From Gammaproteobacteria bacterium (GTDB lineage Bacteria > Pseudomonadota > Gammaproteobacteria > JACCYU01), in NCBI GenBank assembly GCA_050740315.1, contig JBOIDC010000001.1, positions 62,546 through 126,545 of the forward strand: DNA of 64,000 nucleotides. The letters are read 5' to 3'. Below the pieces are notes generated by a model. The model was not told the DNA's origin. It made no database searches and saw only the letters and a program-made list of their open reading frames with translations. A program made the position numbers and the translations under genes. Below are positions 46,289-57,545 of this stretch, one piece after another (the stretch's first letter is position 1; each line of letters begins with the position of its first letter).

Positions 46289-47098
46289 TTAGCGATCGCC
46301 CGTAAGCGGCACGAACAGCACCGGCAGCAATTGCCGCTTTTCAACCGCGCCTTCCGGCGTTTTTTGCACCAGCATCAGGTGTTGGGTAAAAGCTCCGCTG
46401 CTGACCGGAATGATCATCGTGCCGCCGGGTTTCAGCTGGCGCACCAGCGGTGGCGGGAGGTGGTCCGCGCCCGCGGTGACCATGATGGCATCGAACGGAG
46501 CGTGTTCTGGCCAGCCGTGATAGCCATCGCCGACGCGACTGGTCAGGTTATCGTAGCCGAGTTGCGCTAATCGCTCGGCCGCCTGCTCGGCCAAGGGTTC
46601 GATGATTTCCACCGTGTAAACGTGTCCGGCCAGTTCGGCCAGCACCGCGGCTTGATAACCCGAGCCGGTACCTATCTCCAGCACGTTGTCATCGGCTTCC
46701 ACATCGAGCAGATCGGTCATCAGCGCGACGATATAGGGCTGAGAAATGGTTTGCCCGTGCCCTATAGGAAGCGGCTCATTTTCGTAAGCGCGGTCGCGCA
46801 AGTGTGCGGGGACAAAGCGGTGGCGAGGCACGCGATTCATGGCCGCCATTACCGCGGGATCGATCTGCCCTTCACCGAGTTCGCGCGCCTGAGCGTAGTC
46901 CTCAATATGATCGATCATCGCCGCGCGCTTGCCGGCGTAGTGATTGTCGTCGCTCTTAACAGCCATGCTGTACGCGAGCAGCCCGCATAACAGGGCATTC
47001 GTAAGCGCATGCACTATGCGCGAGCTACTGCCGTGCCAGGGTTTGGTGCGCTTAGCGGGCGGGCGCCGGCCTACAAAACTAGGGTGTGACATGCTCAC
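46289..47098 (-). CDS. pcm: Protein-L-isoaspartate O-methyltransferase with N-terminal signal/anchor extension
   Basis: 'GQTISQPYIVALMTDLL' and 'VLEIGTGSGYQAAVLAEL'. Start uncertain. Confidence 0.85.
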   Translation of the reverse strand: MSMSHPSFVGRRPPAKRTKPWHGSSSRIVHALTNALLCGLLAYSMAVKSDDNHYAGKRAAMIDHIEDYAQARELGEGQIDPAVMAAMNRVPRHRFVPAHLRDRAYENEPLPIGHGQTISQPYIVALMTDLLDVEADDNVLEIGTGSGYQAAVLAELAGHVYTVEIIEPLAEQAAERLAQLGYDNLTSRVGDGYHGWPEHAPFDAIMVTAGADHLPPPLVRQLKPGGTMIIPVSSGAFTQHLMLVQKTPEGAVEKRQLLPVLFVPLTGDR

Positions 47099-47128
47099 CG
47101 CGGTAACTCACCCGCCACGCCTGCGTCG

Positions 47129-47159
47129 AATAAAATGGTCCGGCCGATCCATGGCCGGA
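47129..47159 (-). terminator. Rho-independent terminator downstream of the HiPIP gene
   Basis: On the minus strand, a 7-bp stem TCCGGCC/GGCCGGA with a 7-nt loop, followed by CCATTTTATT. Confidence 0.55.
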
Positions 47160-47216
47160 ACGACTGCGTCATGAGGCTAACACTAGTGATAAAATGCTGT
47201 TAGCCAAAGTTCAAGG

Positions 47217-47516
47217 CTACGCTGTTGCCCAGGCAGTGCACCAACCCTCGGCCAACACCAGCTGGCCTTGAAAGAGTTGGCACGCACCCGACTCGGCGCC
47301 GCCGCCGTAATACTTGCAGTTCGCGCAAGTTTCTCCTTTGGTGGTGGACTTCTCTACGTATTTCAGCTGCTTGGCGACCGGATCACTAGGCGATATGGTC
47401 TCCGCGGCCTGTACCGGCGCGCGCAGCAGTACGTTGGCCAGTGGAATCGCAACGACCCCGCCAAGCGCCAGTTTCATGGCGCGACGGCGGCCATGCGCAA
47501 TGGATTGATCAGACAT
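47217..47516 (-). CDS. hip: High-potential iron-sulfur protein (HiPIP), Tat signal
   Basis: 'GRRRAMKLALGG' twin-arginine signal and the Cys pattern 'CANCKYY...GACQLF...GWCTAW'. GAGGAG lies 6 nt upstream of the ATG. Confidence 0.9.
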   Translation of the reverse strand: MSDQSIAHGRRRAMKLALGGVVAIPLANVLLRAPVQAAETISPSDPVAKQLKYVEKSTTKGETCANCKYYGGGAESGACQLFQGQLVLAEGWCTAWATA

Positions 47517-47818
47517 CACAAACTCCTCATCTAGCATCCGTTTTCGGATGGCCATTCTTGTTTAACCAAAGCCACGTCCATGACGGTAAGCCATAAAACG
47601 CTCATAGTGATTTATGCACACATCGCGCCATGAATCAACGTCATAATAAGGGCTTTCGCGCGATATCAGCGAGTAACGGTGGCTGAGAACCTGGGGTAAC
47701 CTGAGGTTCGATCACCGATCACGGCGCGAGTCTAAGTGTAGCGCAGCGCCGACGAACGCGAGCATAGCGTCGTCAGACGGAGCGCATGTCCGCTGCTCGG
47801 CCAGATCGGTACAGTATA

Positions 47819-48829
47819 ATGAGCCGCATGAACGCGAACCTTAATTCCCTGTTAATTGCAGTGTTAGCGACGTTTCCGGCGGGGGCGACCCTGAACGCCG
47901 CGACGCTCGATTTGCCGACCGCAGACGATGCGCTGGTGGGGGAGTCACAAATCACCACCGCGCGTTACGAGGACACGCTAATCGACATCGCGCGGCTTCA
48001 TGGCCTGGGATTCAACGAAATCCGTCACGCCAATCCGAAGGTGGATGCCTGGCTGCCAGGCGCCGGAACCAAAGTAATATTGCCGATGCGTCATATACTT
48101 CCGGACGCGCCGCGCGACGGTATCGTGATCAATGTCGCCGAAATGCGACTTTATTACTACCCTAAAGCACGGTCGGGCGAACCGCCGCAAGTCGTGACTT
48201 ATCCGGTGAGTATCGGCCGCGGCGAGTGGCAGACGCCGCTGATGACGACCGAGATCACTTCGAAAGTGAAAGATCCCACCTGGTATCCGCCCGAGTCGGT
48301 GCGTAAAGAACATGCCGCAGACGGCGATCCACTGCCCAAGGCTGTGCCGCCGGGGCCGAAAAATCCGCTGGGCGGCTATGCGATGCGGTTAGGGATACCC
48401 AGTTATTTGATCCACGGTACCAACAAGCCATATGGTATCGGGATGCAAGTCACTCACGGTTGTATCCGGCTTTATCCTGAAGAGATCGAGGCCTTGTACA
48501 ACGCGGTGTCGGTGGGCACGCCCGTGCGCATCGTCAATCAATCGTACAAGGCCGGTTGGCATGACGGTGAGTTGTATCTGGAGGTGCACGCGCCGCTTTC
48601 CGATGGCTCCGATGCTGTCCCGACTCAGAATCTAACGCCAGTGGTCGCACGGGTGATTGCCGCGACCGAGGGTCGGGAAGGTTATGAAGTCGATTGGGAC
48701 AAGGTACGTGACATCGTCAACGAGCAAGCCGGTATGCCTGTTCCGGCGGGGCGCAGTAGCGGGAAGATCCACGCGCCACAGACTTTCGTCGCGCAAACAG
48801 AAGCGCCTGGCGGTGGCCAGGCGCAATAA
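47819..48829 (+). CDS. L,D-transpeptidase with LysM domain (YkuD/ErfK family)
   Basis: LysM-like 'YEDTLIDIARLHGLGFNEIRHANP' and catalytic 'HGTNKPYGIGMQVTHGCIRLYP'. Start ambiguous (47786, 47819 or 47828). Confidence 0.88.
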   Translation: MSRMNANLNSLLIAVLATFPAGATLNAATLDLPTADDALVGESQITTARYEDTLIDIARLHGLGFNEIRHANPKVDAWLPGAGTKVILPMRHILPDAPRDGIVINVAEMRLYYYPKARSGEPPQVVTYPVSIGRGEWQTPLMTTEITSKVKDPTWYPPESVRKEHAADGDPLPKAVPPGPKNPLGGYAMRLGIPSYLIHGTNKPYGIGMQVTHGCIRLYPEEIEALYNAVSVGTPVRIVNQSYKAGWHDGELYLEVHAPLSDGSDAVPTQNLTPVVARVIAATEGREGYEVDWDKVRDIVNEQAGMPVPAGRSSGKIHAPQTFVAQTEAPGGGQAQ

Positions 48830-48904
48830 AAACTACCGAACGGGCTGCTAACAGCGACGACGTATTATCGGCGTACCCAGCTGTAGCAGGTCGAGAATCG
48901 GTGC

Positions 48905-49216
48905 TTACTTCTGTTGCGCGCGTTGGAACATGCGATCCAGTCGCTCGGTATTGGCATCGCAACATGATTGCGCCTCGTCCGCGGTCTGAGACGCCGCCTC
49001 CGCCGTACTCATGGCGCTGTCGGCAGCCTGTTGCGCGGAATCCGCGGTGCTCTGGGCCTGATCGGCACTTTGTTGTGCGGACTCGGCGGCGGATCTAGCC
49101 TCTTCCGCCATCTTGCGCACCTCTTCGAGACTGCCGGTGGTTGCGCAGCCGGCGCCCGTTGCAACCACCGCTGCCAACATGGCAATACTCAATGCCCGTG
49201 AATAACTTTGCTTCAT
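48905..49216 (-). CDS. OprI/Lpp-like alanine-zipper outer-membrane lipoprotein
   Basis: Lipobox 'VATGAGC', an A/Q/E/S-rich helical repeats region, and a C-terminus '...RMFQRAQQK' resembling the OprI '...LEKASRK' end with terminal Lys. Confidence 0.8.
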   Translation of the reverse strand: MKQSYSRALSIAMLAAVVATGAGCATTGSLEEVRKMAEEARSAAESAQQSADQAQSTADSAQQAADSAMSTAEAASQTADEAQSCCDANTERLDRMFQRAQQK

Positions 49217-49340
49217 TGGTTTCCCCTTGTGAATGTTGCCCTTCGAGATTGAAGAAATACCAGGGCTATCCCTCGCCTTAATCCTCCCGCTACTGCCCGC
49301 GCAATAATACTGCAAGGCGCACGCTCGCTGAAAGCATTCG

Positions 49341-49369
49341 TTCGCAATAACTTATCAGAAAGTTATAAT
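49341..49369 (+). promoter_or_regulatory. Candidate sigma70 promoter for lhr (TTCGCA-17 nt-TATAAT) with embedded inverted repeats
   Basis: Hexamers at 49341-49346 and 49364-49369, about 90 nt upstream of the lhr ATG. Confidence 0.4.
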
Positions 49370-49460
49370 CTGATCAGTGAACTGGCGGCCATCGCGCGCC
49401 CAACGTCCGCCAGTTAGCGCAAGCGCTCTCGGCGCCCGGCTCACGAACGTCGTAACCGCC

Positions 49461-52400
49461 ATGTCTTTGAATTTGCTGCACCCGGTCGTCAAAGCCTGGT
49501 TCGAAAACAGCTTTCCGGCGCCCACGGGCGCGCAACTTGAGGCGTGGCCGGCCATCAAGGCGGGGCGGCACACGCTGATCGCTTCGCCCACCGGATCGGG
49601 CAAAACCTTGGCCGCGTTTCTGGCGGCCATTGATGACCTGACCCGCCAGGCATTGGCGAGACCGCTCGAAGACCGGACGCAAGTGCTCTATGTGTCGCCG
49701 TTGAAGGCGCTTTCCAGCGACATCCGCAAGAATCTCGAGGCGCCGCTCTTTGGCATTCGCGATGAGCTCATGATGAGCGGTCTTGCCGATGTCGACATTC
49801 GAGCCGAAGTGCGGACGGGCGATACGTCCCAGGCCGAACGCGAACGCATGCGCCGTCGCCCGCCGCATATTCTGGTGACCACGCCGGAATCGCTTTACAT
49901 CCTGCTTACGTCCGAATCCGGCCGCCGTATGCTCGCCACGGTGCGCACCGTTATCCTGGATGAAATCCACGCGCTCGCCGGCAACAAGCGCGGCGCCCAT
50001 CTGGCGCTGTCCATGGAGCGCTTGCAGTCGTTGTGTGCCCGCCCGCTAATCCGCATCGGTCTGTCCGCTACCCAAAAGCCTGTCGAGAGCCTGGCCAGTT
50101 TCATAACCGGCGGCGGGAACGACTGCACCATCGTGAACATCGGCCATACACGCAGTCGCGATCTTGCGATAGAGGTGCCCGGCTCGCCTTTGGAAGCGGT
50201 GATGGCGGGAGAAGTCTGGGCCGAGATTTACGACCGCCTGGCCGCGCTGATCGACCAACACCGCACGACGTTGATCTTCGTCAACACGCGCCGCCTGGCC
50301 GAGCGCGTGGCGCGCCACTTAAGCGAGCGCGTCGGCGGCGAAGCCGTCACGGCGCATCACGGAAGCCTCGCGCGCGAACACCGGCTGGACGCGGAGCAGC
50401 GGCTGAAAGCCGGCAAGCTGCGGGCGCTGGTCGCGACCGCCTCACTGGAACTGGGCATCGACATCGGCGATGTCGATCTGGTCTGCCAGATCGGCTCGCC
50501 GCGCGCCATCGGCACGCTGTTGCAGCGGGTGGGCCGTTCCGGACACGCGGTGCTGGGCACGCCAAGAGGCCGTCTGTTCCCGCTTTCGCGCGACGATCTG
50601 GTCGAGTGCGCTGCGCTGCTCATGGTGGTGGCGCGCGGCCAGCTGGATGCGCTCGAGGTGTCGAAACGGCCGCTGGACGTGCTCGCCCAGCAGATCGTTG
50701 CCGAGGTGAGTTGCCGCGAATGGCCGGAAGACGATCTGTTCAATCAGGTGCGTCGCGCGTGGCCTTATCACGATCTAGCGCGCAAGCAGTTCGACGCCGT
50801 GGTGGCCATGCTGGCCGACGGTTTTTCCACCCGTCGGGGCCGCCGCGCGGCGTGGATACATCGCGACGCCGTCAACAAGCGCCTGCGCGCGCGCCGCGGC
50901 GCGCGCCTCAGCGCGATCATGAACGGCGGCGCCATCCCTGATCAGTTCGACTACACCGTCGTCCTGCAGCCCGACGGCCATCCCATCGGCACCTTGAACG
51001 AAGACTTCGCCTTCGAGAGTCTGCCCGGCGATATCTTCCAGCTCGGCAACACGGCGTATCGCATCCTCAAGACCGAGATGGGCAAGGTCTATGTGGAAGA
51101 CGCCAAGGGCCAGCCGCCGAACATTCCGTTCTGGTTCGGTGAGGCGCCGGGGCGGAGTCGCGAGCTCAGCCTGGCGGTGTCGCAGCTGCGCGCGGAATTG
51201 GATATCCGGCTTGAACACGGAATAGAACACGCCGTTGACTGGCTGGTGACCGAACACAGATTGGCCGAGTCGGTCGCGTCGCAGCTGGTTCATTATCTGG
51301 CGAGTGCGCGCGCGGCGCTGAGCGTGATCCCGACACAGGACAACATCGTTTTCGAGCGTTTCTTCGACGAGGCGGGGGATCAGCATCTCGTTATACACGC
51401 GCCTTTCGGCTCGGCCGTAAATCGCGCCTGGGGCTTGAGTTTGCGCAAGCGCTTCTGCCGAAAATTCAACTTCGAACTGCAGGCCGCGGCGCTGGAAGAC
51501 AGCATTGTGCTGTCCCTGGGGCCGACGCACAGTTTCCCGCTGGAAGAGGTCGCGCATTATCTGAACGCCCGATCGGCGCGCGAGGTGCTGATCCAGGCGC
51601 TGCTGGATGTGCCGCTGTTCGCCACGCGCTGGCGCTGGGTCGCCAGCACCGCGCTTGCGGTGCGGCGCAATCGCGCGACCGGGCGCGTGCCACCTCAACT
51701 GCAACGCATGGACGCCGAAGATTTGATCGCCGTGGTGTTCCCGGATCAGCTTGCCTGCGCGGAAAACCTCAGCGGCAAGCGCGAGGTGCCGGAGCATCCG
51801 CTGGTCGGACAGACCATCAACGATTGCCTGCACGAGGCGATGGACATCGAGGGCCTGGAGACGGCGCTCGCGCGTGTGGAAAAAGGTGAAATCAAGGTGC
51901 TGACGCGCGATCTGGCCGCGCCTTCTCCGCTGGCTCAAGAGATCTTAAGCGCGCGGCCCTACGCCTTTCTCGATGACGCGCCGGCCGAGGAGCGCCGCAC
52001 GCAGATGGTGCAGGCGCGCAGCTTCATCAATCCGGAGGATACGGCGCGGCTGGGGGCACTGGATCCTGATGCGATTGCGCAGGTGTGCGCGCAGGCTTGG
52101 CCGGAGATTACCAGCGCCGATGAGCTGCATGACGCCCTCATGCTGCTGGGATTCATAACGGCTGAAGAAGCCGTCGATGTTTCGCGTCGCTGGCTCGATG
52201 AGCTAACCGCGGCGCGGCGCGCAACGACACTGAAGGCGCGCGATGTGGAACTGTGGGTTTGCGCCGAGCGACTTGCGCTGTTGCGTGAATTGTTTCCAGC
52301 AGCGGTTCTGGAACCACCGATCGACGCGGTGTCGGGCAGTGTGAACAGCGTAGGCGATCACGAAGGCGCGTTGACGGTGCTGGTCCGCGCCCGCCTGCAA

Positions 52401-53810
52401 GGCCTGGGGCCCGTTCAGGCAAATACGCTGGCGGCCCCTCTGGGTGTGCAGGTCAGCGACGTCGAAGCCGCACTCGCCGCACTCGAAGCCGAGGGTTTCG
52501 CCATGCGCGGACACTTCACGCCCGGCGCGCCGGGCACCCAATGGTGCGAGCGGGGCCTTTTGGCGCGCATTCACCGCTACACGCTCAAGCGCCTGCGCCA
52601 GGAGATTAAGCCCGTTGCGCCGGCCTGCCTGATGCGCTTTCTGTTCGAATGGCAAGGCATCAAGCCGGCACGTGGCGCGGCGCCCGCGCAACTCCCCGAG
52701 GGCGAAGCGGCGCTGGCGAACGTGCTGGCGCAGCTCGAAGGCTTCGAACTTGCGGCCGGCGCGTGGGAGGCGGACGTTTTGCCCGCGCGCTTGCGATCTT
52801 ACGAACCTGCGTGGCTTGACAATCTCTGCGCCGCCGGCCGCATCCGCTGGGCGCGCCTCAGCCCGCCGCCGAGTCATGGCAAACCCAGCCGTGCATCCGG
52901 CGCCGGGCCGGTGCGTGCGACACCGGTCGCGCTGGTGAGCCGTCAGGGGCTCGGTCACTGGCGCGTGTATCGAGAAGATTTCACGGCGTTCAAACTTTCC
53001 GGCAGCGCGCGCGCAGTGCTCGATCGGCTGACGTCATCCGGTGCGCTGTTCTTCGACGAACTTAAGGATGCGACCGGTCTGCTGCGCACCCAACTTGAAC
53101 AGGCGCTCGCGGAGCTGGCGGCGGCGGGGCTGGTCAGCTCCGATTCATTTGCGGGCTTGAGATCGCTGCTGTTGCCGGCTCATCGCCGCAAGCCTATCGA
53201 CACGAGACGTCGGCGCCGAGGCGCGCTATACGGCGTTGAAGACGCGGGACGCTGGTCACGGCTCAGCGCGCCGCCATCATCGAACGGTAAGGCCGATTAC
53301 AGTGCCAACGCAGCGACCGTAGAATACATCGCGGCCTGTCTGCTGCGCCGTTACGGTATCGTGTTCCGCGCGCTGTTGCTGCGCGAAAGCGGCATCCCGC
53401 CGTGGCGCGAGCTGTTGTACGTCTACCGGCGCATGGAGGCGCGCGGCGAGGTGCGCGGCGGGCGTTTTGCGGAAGGCTTTTCAGGCGAGCAGTTCGCGCT
53501 GCCGGATGCAGTTGGCCTGCTCCGCGAAGTCAATCGCCGGCCCCCGGAAGGGGAATTGATCGCCGTCAGCGCCGCCGATCCGCTTAATATGGTGGGCTCG
53601 ATCGTGCCCGGCGCGCGCGTACCTTCGCTCACTGCAAACCGCGTTCTGTATCGCGATGGGGCACCGATCGCAACCGTAGTCGCCCGGCAGACGCAGTGGC
53701 TCGAATCCATGAGTGACGAAGCCGAGTGGCAGGCGCGCTCGGCGCTGCTAAGACGGCGGATGCCCGGCTACGTCGGCACCGACGGGGCGATTAGGCTTGA
53801 GAACCGATAG
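49461..53810 (+). CDS. lhr: Lhr-family large ATP-dependent DEAD/DEAH helicase
   Basis: '[13 protein letters not shown]', 'DEIHAL' and 'SATQ', about 1450 aa with the long Lhr C-terminal extension. Confidence 0.92.
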   Translation: MSLNLLHPVVKAWFENSFPAPTGAQLEAWPAIKAGRHTLIASPTGSGKTLAAFLAAIDDLTRQALARPLEDRTQVLYVSPLKALSSDIRKNLEAPLFGIRDELMMSGLADVDIRAEVRTGDTSQAERERMRRRPPHILVTTPESLYILLTSESGRRMLATVRTVILDEIHALAGNKRGAHLALSMERLQSLCARPLIRIGLSATQKPVESLASFITGGGNDCTIVNIGHTRSRDLAIEVPGSPLEAVMAGEVWAEIYDRLAALIDQHRTTLIFVNTRRLAERVARHLSERVGGEAVTAHHGSLAREHRLDAEQRLKAGKLRALVATASLELGIDIGDVDLVCQIGSPRAIGTLLQRVGRSGHAVLGTPRGRLFPLSRDDLVECAALLMVVARGQLDALEVSKRPLDVLAQQIVAEVSCREWPEDDLFNQVRRAWPYHDLARKQFDAVVAMLADGFSTRRGRRAAWIHRDAVNKRLRARRGARLSAIMNGGAIPDQFDYTVVLQPDGHPIGTLNEDFAFESLPGDIFQLGNTAYRILKTEMGKVYVEDAKGQPPNIPFWFGEAPGRSRELSLAVSQLRAELDIRLEHGIEHAVDWLVTEHRLAESVASQLVHYLASARAALSVIPTQDNIVFERFFDEAGDQHLVIHAPFGSAVNRAWGLSLRKRFCRKFNFELQAAALEDSIVLSLGPTHSFPLEEVAHYLNARSAREVLIQALLDVPLFATRWRWVASTALAVRRNRATGRVPPQLQRMDAEDLIAVVFPDQLACAENLSGKREVPEHPLVGQTINDCLHEAMDIEGLETALARVEKGEIKVLTRDLAAPSPLAQEILSARPYAFLDDAPAEERRTQMVQARSFINPEDTARLGALDPDAIAQVCAQAWPEITSADELHDALMLLGFITAEEAVDVSRRWLDELTAARRATTLKARDVELWVCAERLALLRELFPAAVLEPPIDAVSGSVNSVGDHEGALTVLVRARLQGLGPVQANTLAAPLGVQVSDVEAALAALEAEGFAMRGHFTPGAPGTQWCERGLLARIHRYTLKRLRQEIKPVAPACLMRFLFEWQGIKPARGAAPAQLPEGEAALANVLAQLEGFELAAGAWEADVLPARLRSYEPAWLDNLCAAGRIRWARLSPPPSHGKPSRASGAGPVRATPVALVSRQGLGHWRVYREDFTAFKLSGSARAVLDRLTSSGALFFDELKDATGLLRTQLEQALAELAAAGLVSSDSFAGLRSLLLPAHRRKPIDTRRRRRGALYGVEDAGRWSRLSAPPSSNGKADYSANAATVEYIAACLLRRYGIVFRALLLRESGIPPWRELLYVYRRMEARGEVRGGRFAEGFSGEQFALPDAVGLLREVNRRPPEGELIAVSAADPLNMVGSIVPGARVPSLTANRVLYRDGAPIATVVARQTQWLESMSDEAEWQARSALLRRRMPGYVGTDGAIRLENR

Positions 53811-53954
53811 CCCCCGGTCGCGTCGGGTTGCAGTTATTCCCATCGCCCATTCGGCGCTGTAGGCCGGGTGCGGGCTGCTTACCGAGGATTGAGAACGCGC
53901 TTGGTCTGGCTGGCGAAATAAGGGTTCGATCAGGTGCGTCATCGCGACTTGCGA

Positions 53955-55784
53955 TTACGCAATTGCGCGGCTGGCGCGTTTGCGCTCATGTTCCTTCAAG
54001 TAGCGCTTGCGCACGCGGATGGATTTCGGCGTGATCTCGACCAGCTCATCATCGTTGATGAATTCCAGCGCCTGCTCCAGGCTCATGCGCACCGGCGGAG
54101 TAAGGATGATGTTCTCGTCACTGCCAGCGGCGCGGATGTTGGTGAGCTGTTTGCCTTTCAGTGGATTGACCGTCAGATCGTTATCGCGCGAGTGGATGCC
54201 GATCACCATGCCTTCATAAATCTGTTCGCCCGGCCCGATCATCAGCCGGCCGCGTTCCTGCAGATTGAATAACGAATAGGCCAGCGTCTTGCCGGCGGCG
54301 TTCGCGATCAGCACGCCGTTGCGCCGCTGACCAATGGCCATGTTGCTGGCGGGGCCGTAGTGATCGAATACATGCGTGACGATGCCGGTGCCGGAGGTCA
54401 CGCTCATGAACTCCGTGTGAAAACCGATCAAGCCGCGCGCCGGCACCAGGTATTCCAGCCGCGTGCGCCCCTGGCCATCCGGTTCGATATGCCGCAACTG
54501 CCCGCGGCGCCGGTTGAGATTGTCGATCACCGCGCCCTGATGAACATTTTCGACGTCGGCTATGAGTAGTTCGTAAGGCTCGTGCAGGCGACCATCTACC
54601 TCGCGGGTAATAACCCTGGGCCGCGAGACCGCCATTTCATAACCTTCGCGGCGCATGTTTTCCAGCAGCACGGACAGATGTAGCAAACCGCGGCCAGAGA
54701 CCTCGAAGCGGTCCGGGTCGTCCGAATACATGACCTTGAGCGCCACATTCGATTTCAGTTCGCGTTCCAGCCGTTCGCGCAGGTGGCGGCTCGTCAGAAA
54801 CTGACCTTCCTTGCCAGCGAATGGTGACTTATTGACCTCGAACGTCATGTTCATGGTCGGTTCGTCCACCGTCAACGGCGGCAGCGCCTCGGGCGCGTGC
54901 GGGTCGCAGATGGTGTCCGAGATATCGAGCCCGTCCATGCCGGTGAGCGCCACGATATCGCCGGCCTCGGCTTGGTCGACCTCGATGCGATCGAGTCCCA
55001 GAAAGCCGAGAATGGTCAGCACACGGCCGGCGCGCCGCGCGCCCTCGCGATCGATAATGGTCACGTTGCTACCCGAGCGCAGACGCCCGCGCTGGATGCG
55101 GCCGATGCCGATCTGACCGACGTAACTGTTGTAGTCCAGGGTCGTGACCTGCATGCGAAATGGGCCTTCAAGGTCCACGGGCGGCAGTGGCACCCGCTCC
55201 ACGATGGTCTGGAACAGCGGGGTCATATCGCCTGTACGCACGGTGTCTCGTGAGCTTGCATAACCGTGCAGTGCTGACGTGTACACAACCGGAAAATCCA
55301 GTTGCTCGTCGGTCGCGTGCAAGCTGTCAAACAGATCGAAGGTCTGCGTCAGCACCCAGTCCGGCCGTGCGCCCGGGCGGTCAATCTTGTTGATGACGAC
55401 GATAGGTTTCAGCCCCAGCGCGAACGCCTTGGCGGTGACGAAGCGCGTCTGCGGCATGGGGCCGTCCACCGCGTCCACCAGCAGCAGTACCGAATCCACC
55501 ATGGACAGCACGCGTTCCACTTCGCCGCCAAAATCCGCGTGGCCAGGCGTGTCGACGATGTTGATGCGGTACGTTTGCTTCCCGCTGTGCCATTTAATAG
55601 CGGTATTCTTGGACAGAATCGTGATACCGCGTTCGCGCTCCAGAACGTTGCTGTCCATGACCCGCTCGGACAGATCATCGCGCGCATCCAGCGTACCGGA
55701 CTGGCGCAACAGACAATCGACCAAGGTGGTCTTGCCGTGGTCGACATGAGCGATGATCGCAATATTGCGCAGATTCTCTAACAT
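53955..55784 (-). CDS. typA: Translational GTPase TypA/BipA
   Basis: '[23 protein letters not shown]' and '[14 protein letters not shown]', 609 aa. Confidence 0.96.
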   Translation of the reverse strand: MLENLRNIAIIAHVDHGKTTLVDCLLRQSGTLDARDDLSERVMDSNVLERERGITILSKNTAIKWHSGKQTYRINIVDTPGHADFGGEVERVLSMVDSVLLLVDAVDGPMPQTRFVTAKAFALGLKPIVVINKIDRPGARPDWVLTQTFDLFDSLHATDEQLDFPVVYTSALHGYASSRDTVRTGDMTPLFQTIVERVPLPPVDLEGPFRMQVTTLDYNSYVGQIGIGRIQRGRLRSGSNVTIIDREGARRAGRVLTILGFLGLDRIEVDQAEAGDIVALTGMDGLDISDTICDPHAPEALPPLTVDEPTMNMTFEVNKSPFAGKEGQFLTSRHLRERLERELKSNVALKVMYSDDPDRFEVSGRGLLHLSVLLENMRREGYEMAVSRPRVITREVDGRLHEPYELLIADVENVHQGAVIDNLNRRRGQLRHIEPDGQGRTRLEYLVPARGLIGFHTEFMSVTSGTGIVTHVFDHYGPASNMAIGQRRNGVLIANAAGKTLAYSLFNLQERGRLMIGPGEQIYEGMVIGIHSRDNDLTVNPLKGKQLTNIRAAGSDENIILTPPVRMSLEQALEFINDDELVEITPKSIRVRKRYLKEHERKRASRAIA

Positions 55785-55986
55785 GGAAGAGTTTTTGCGG
55801 AGCAGAAAGCCGCGCATTATCCGCCAGTAAGTGCATTTTGCCTACCGGCCTGGGGAATCGACCGGGCCAGTGGTCGAAACGCAAGGTGTGAACGGCACAA
55901 CAGATCACCGGTGCCCAGTCGCAAAAAACAGACTCGTTGGCACACGCCGCTGATCCGCGTCGCTGGCGCGCGCATTTCGCGCTCGG

Positions 55987-57105
55987 TTACTGCGCGCCGT
56001 GCAGATCGGAAAGCAGCGTATCGTCGGCGAGTGTATAAGCCACTTGAACTTGATAGGACTGCGCGGGCCGTGGCAGCGGTGTTCTTTGCAGCGAAGGCGA
56101 ATCGCGATATTCGTTGGTCGCCAGCAACACCGCACGCGCCACCAGCCCTGGTTGATCCAGATGAATATGATGACCGCTGTTGCGTATCAGGATATGCAAC
56201 GAATGCGGGTTACGGGTGGCCAGTTCGGTCTGCAACTGCATCCATAGCGCCTCCATAAGATCACCCTTGCGGTCTTGCGGCCACACGCGGTTGCCGCGCG
56301 TCAGCACCACCGTCGGAATATCCGGCCAGTGCGGCGCATTGCGCACTTGTGTAGCGCTCAAACGAAAATACCGCAGCTCACCCATGACCGCCTCCAGGCT
56401 CTTGCGGGAGGACATCAATTCGGTGACCGTCTGCGCCAGCCTTACCGGGATGTTGGCCGGCACGGATGGTTGCGATACCAGCACCGAGGCGCCGTCTTGC
56501 GGCGCGGTGCTGACGCCGATAGGCTGCGCCTCGAAGCGCTCGACTTGGTCAGGATGCGAGGAGTCCACCAGCACCAAGGCTGCTACGAGCCTGGGAAAGA
56601 TGCTGGCGAAAAGCTGCATATCATAACCGCCATAGGAATGTCCGACCATTACATAAGGGGGCTCGACGTCAGCGTGCGCGAGCAACGCGCGCAATTCCAG
56701 CGCATTTTGCCGACTGGTTCTGGGAGCCGAACCCGGATCGCTCCAGCCATAACCTGCGCGATCGTATGCGCAAGCGCGGGTCTGAGGTGCGAGACGCCGT
56801 TGTACCATCAGCCATTCGAGCGCCGACCCGCCCAGCCCGGCGTCCATAATCACGGTCTGCGATCCATGGCCCACGCAATAGATGTGCAGACGATGCGTGC
56901 CGATGTCGATCAACCGGCCAGGCGGATGATTTGCTGTGAACGCACCCGAGTCAGCAGCGCTCGCGGACGACAAGAACGCTATCCCGATCATCGACCACGC
57001 GGAGACTAACGACAGCAGGCGTGCGCGCCCCGTGCCCCGGTCATGCAATCCCGAGCGATCTTCGTGCCATAAAGAATGCCCGAACATGTGTTCGCTCCGT
57101 CTCAT
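55987..57105 (-). CDS. Secreted alpha/beta-fold hydrolase
   Basis: Nucleophile elbow 'VGHSYGG' and a signal-like 'MIGIAFLSSASA'. Start ambiguous (57105 or 57087). Confidence 0.75.
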   Translation of the reverse strand: MRRSEHMFGHSLWHEDRSGLHDRGTGRARLLSLVSAWSMIGIAFLSSASAADSGAFTANHPPGRLIDIGTHRLHIYCVGHGSQTVIMDAGLGGSALEWLMVQRRLAPQTRACAYDRAGYGWSDPGSAPRTSRQNALELRALLAHADVEPPYVMVGHSYGGYDMQLFASIFPRLVAALVLVDSSHPDQVERFEAQPIGVSTAPQDGASVLVSQPSVPANIPVRLAQTVTELMSSRKSLEAVMGELRYFRLSATQVRNAPHWPDIPTVVLTRGNRVWPQDRKGDLMEALWMQLQTELATRNPHSLHILIRNSGHHIHLDQPGLVARAVLLATNEYRDSPSLQRTPLPRPAQSYQVQVAYTLADDTLLSDLHGAQ

Positions 57106-57545
57106 TCCTTAAGCTCCTTGGAAAAGGCTCTGCTAAGGGACAGCGATTTTTGTGCCAGAATTGATGTCTCGTCTTCTATATATAGGTCTAAATGGCTTTT
57201 TTTTCGATTCCAATTTGGTTGGCGGTCGTGTGACAGCCATCATGCGCTGCACCGGTTCGGTGCGAGCAGGCCGCCTTGCCGCGCCGCGGGCTTACGGCTT
57301 GAGAAGGGGCAAGTCCGTGGCGTGGATGCTGCAACCCGGACTTGTGCGGGTGATCATGATTGGCAGCGGCACTTGCGCGCCCTTGACCTATAACGCATTC
57401 TAATTTCTGTTTAAGCGGAGCGCTGGCTGGCGCTTCCTGTCGCCGCGCAGCATCGCGCGCGACTTCACCGATCAGTCGCATCGCCTCTTCCACGTCGTCG
57501 GCTACCTGCCATCGGCGATGACATTTACTGAAGTTAAGCTCAATT

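Noticed and set aside
47690-47730. A 'GAGGTTCGATCACC' motif resembling a tRNA T-loop in the hip/ldt intergenic region.
   Set aside because: The flanking bases do not form a T-stem (TGAGG versus ACCGA is not complementary). No acceptor or anticodon arms can be drawn.
47815-47820. A perfect TATAAT hexamer upstream of the L,D-transpeptidase gene.
   Set aside because: It overlaps the ATG at 47819 and has no acceptable -35 element. It most likely falls within the coding sequence or leader by chance.
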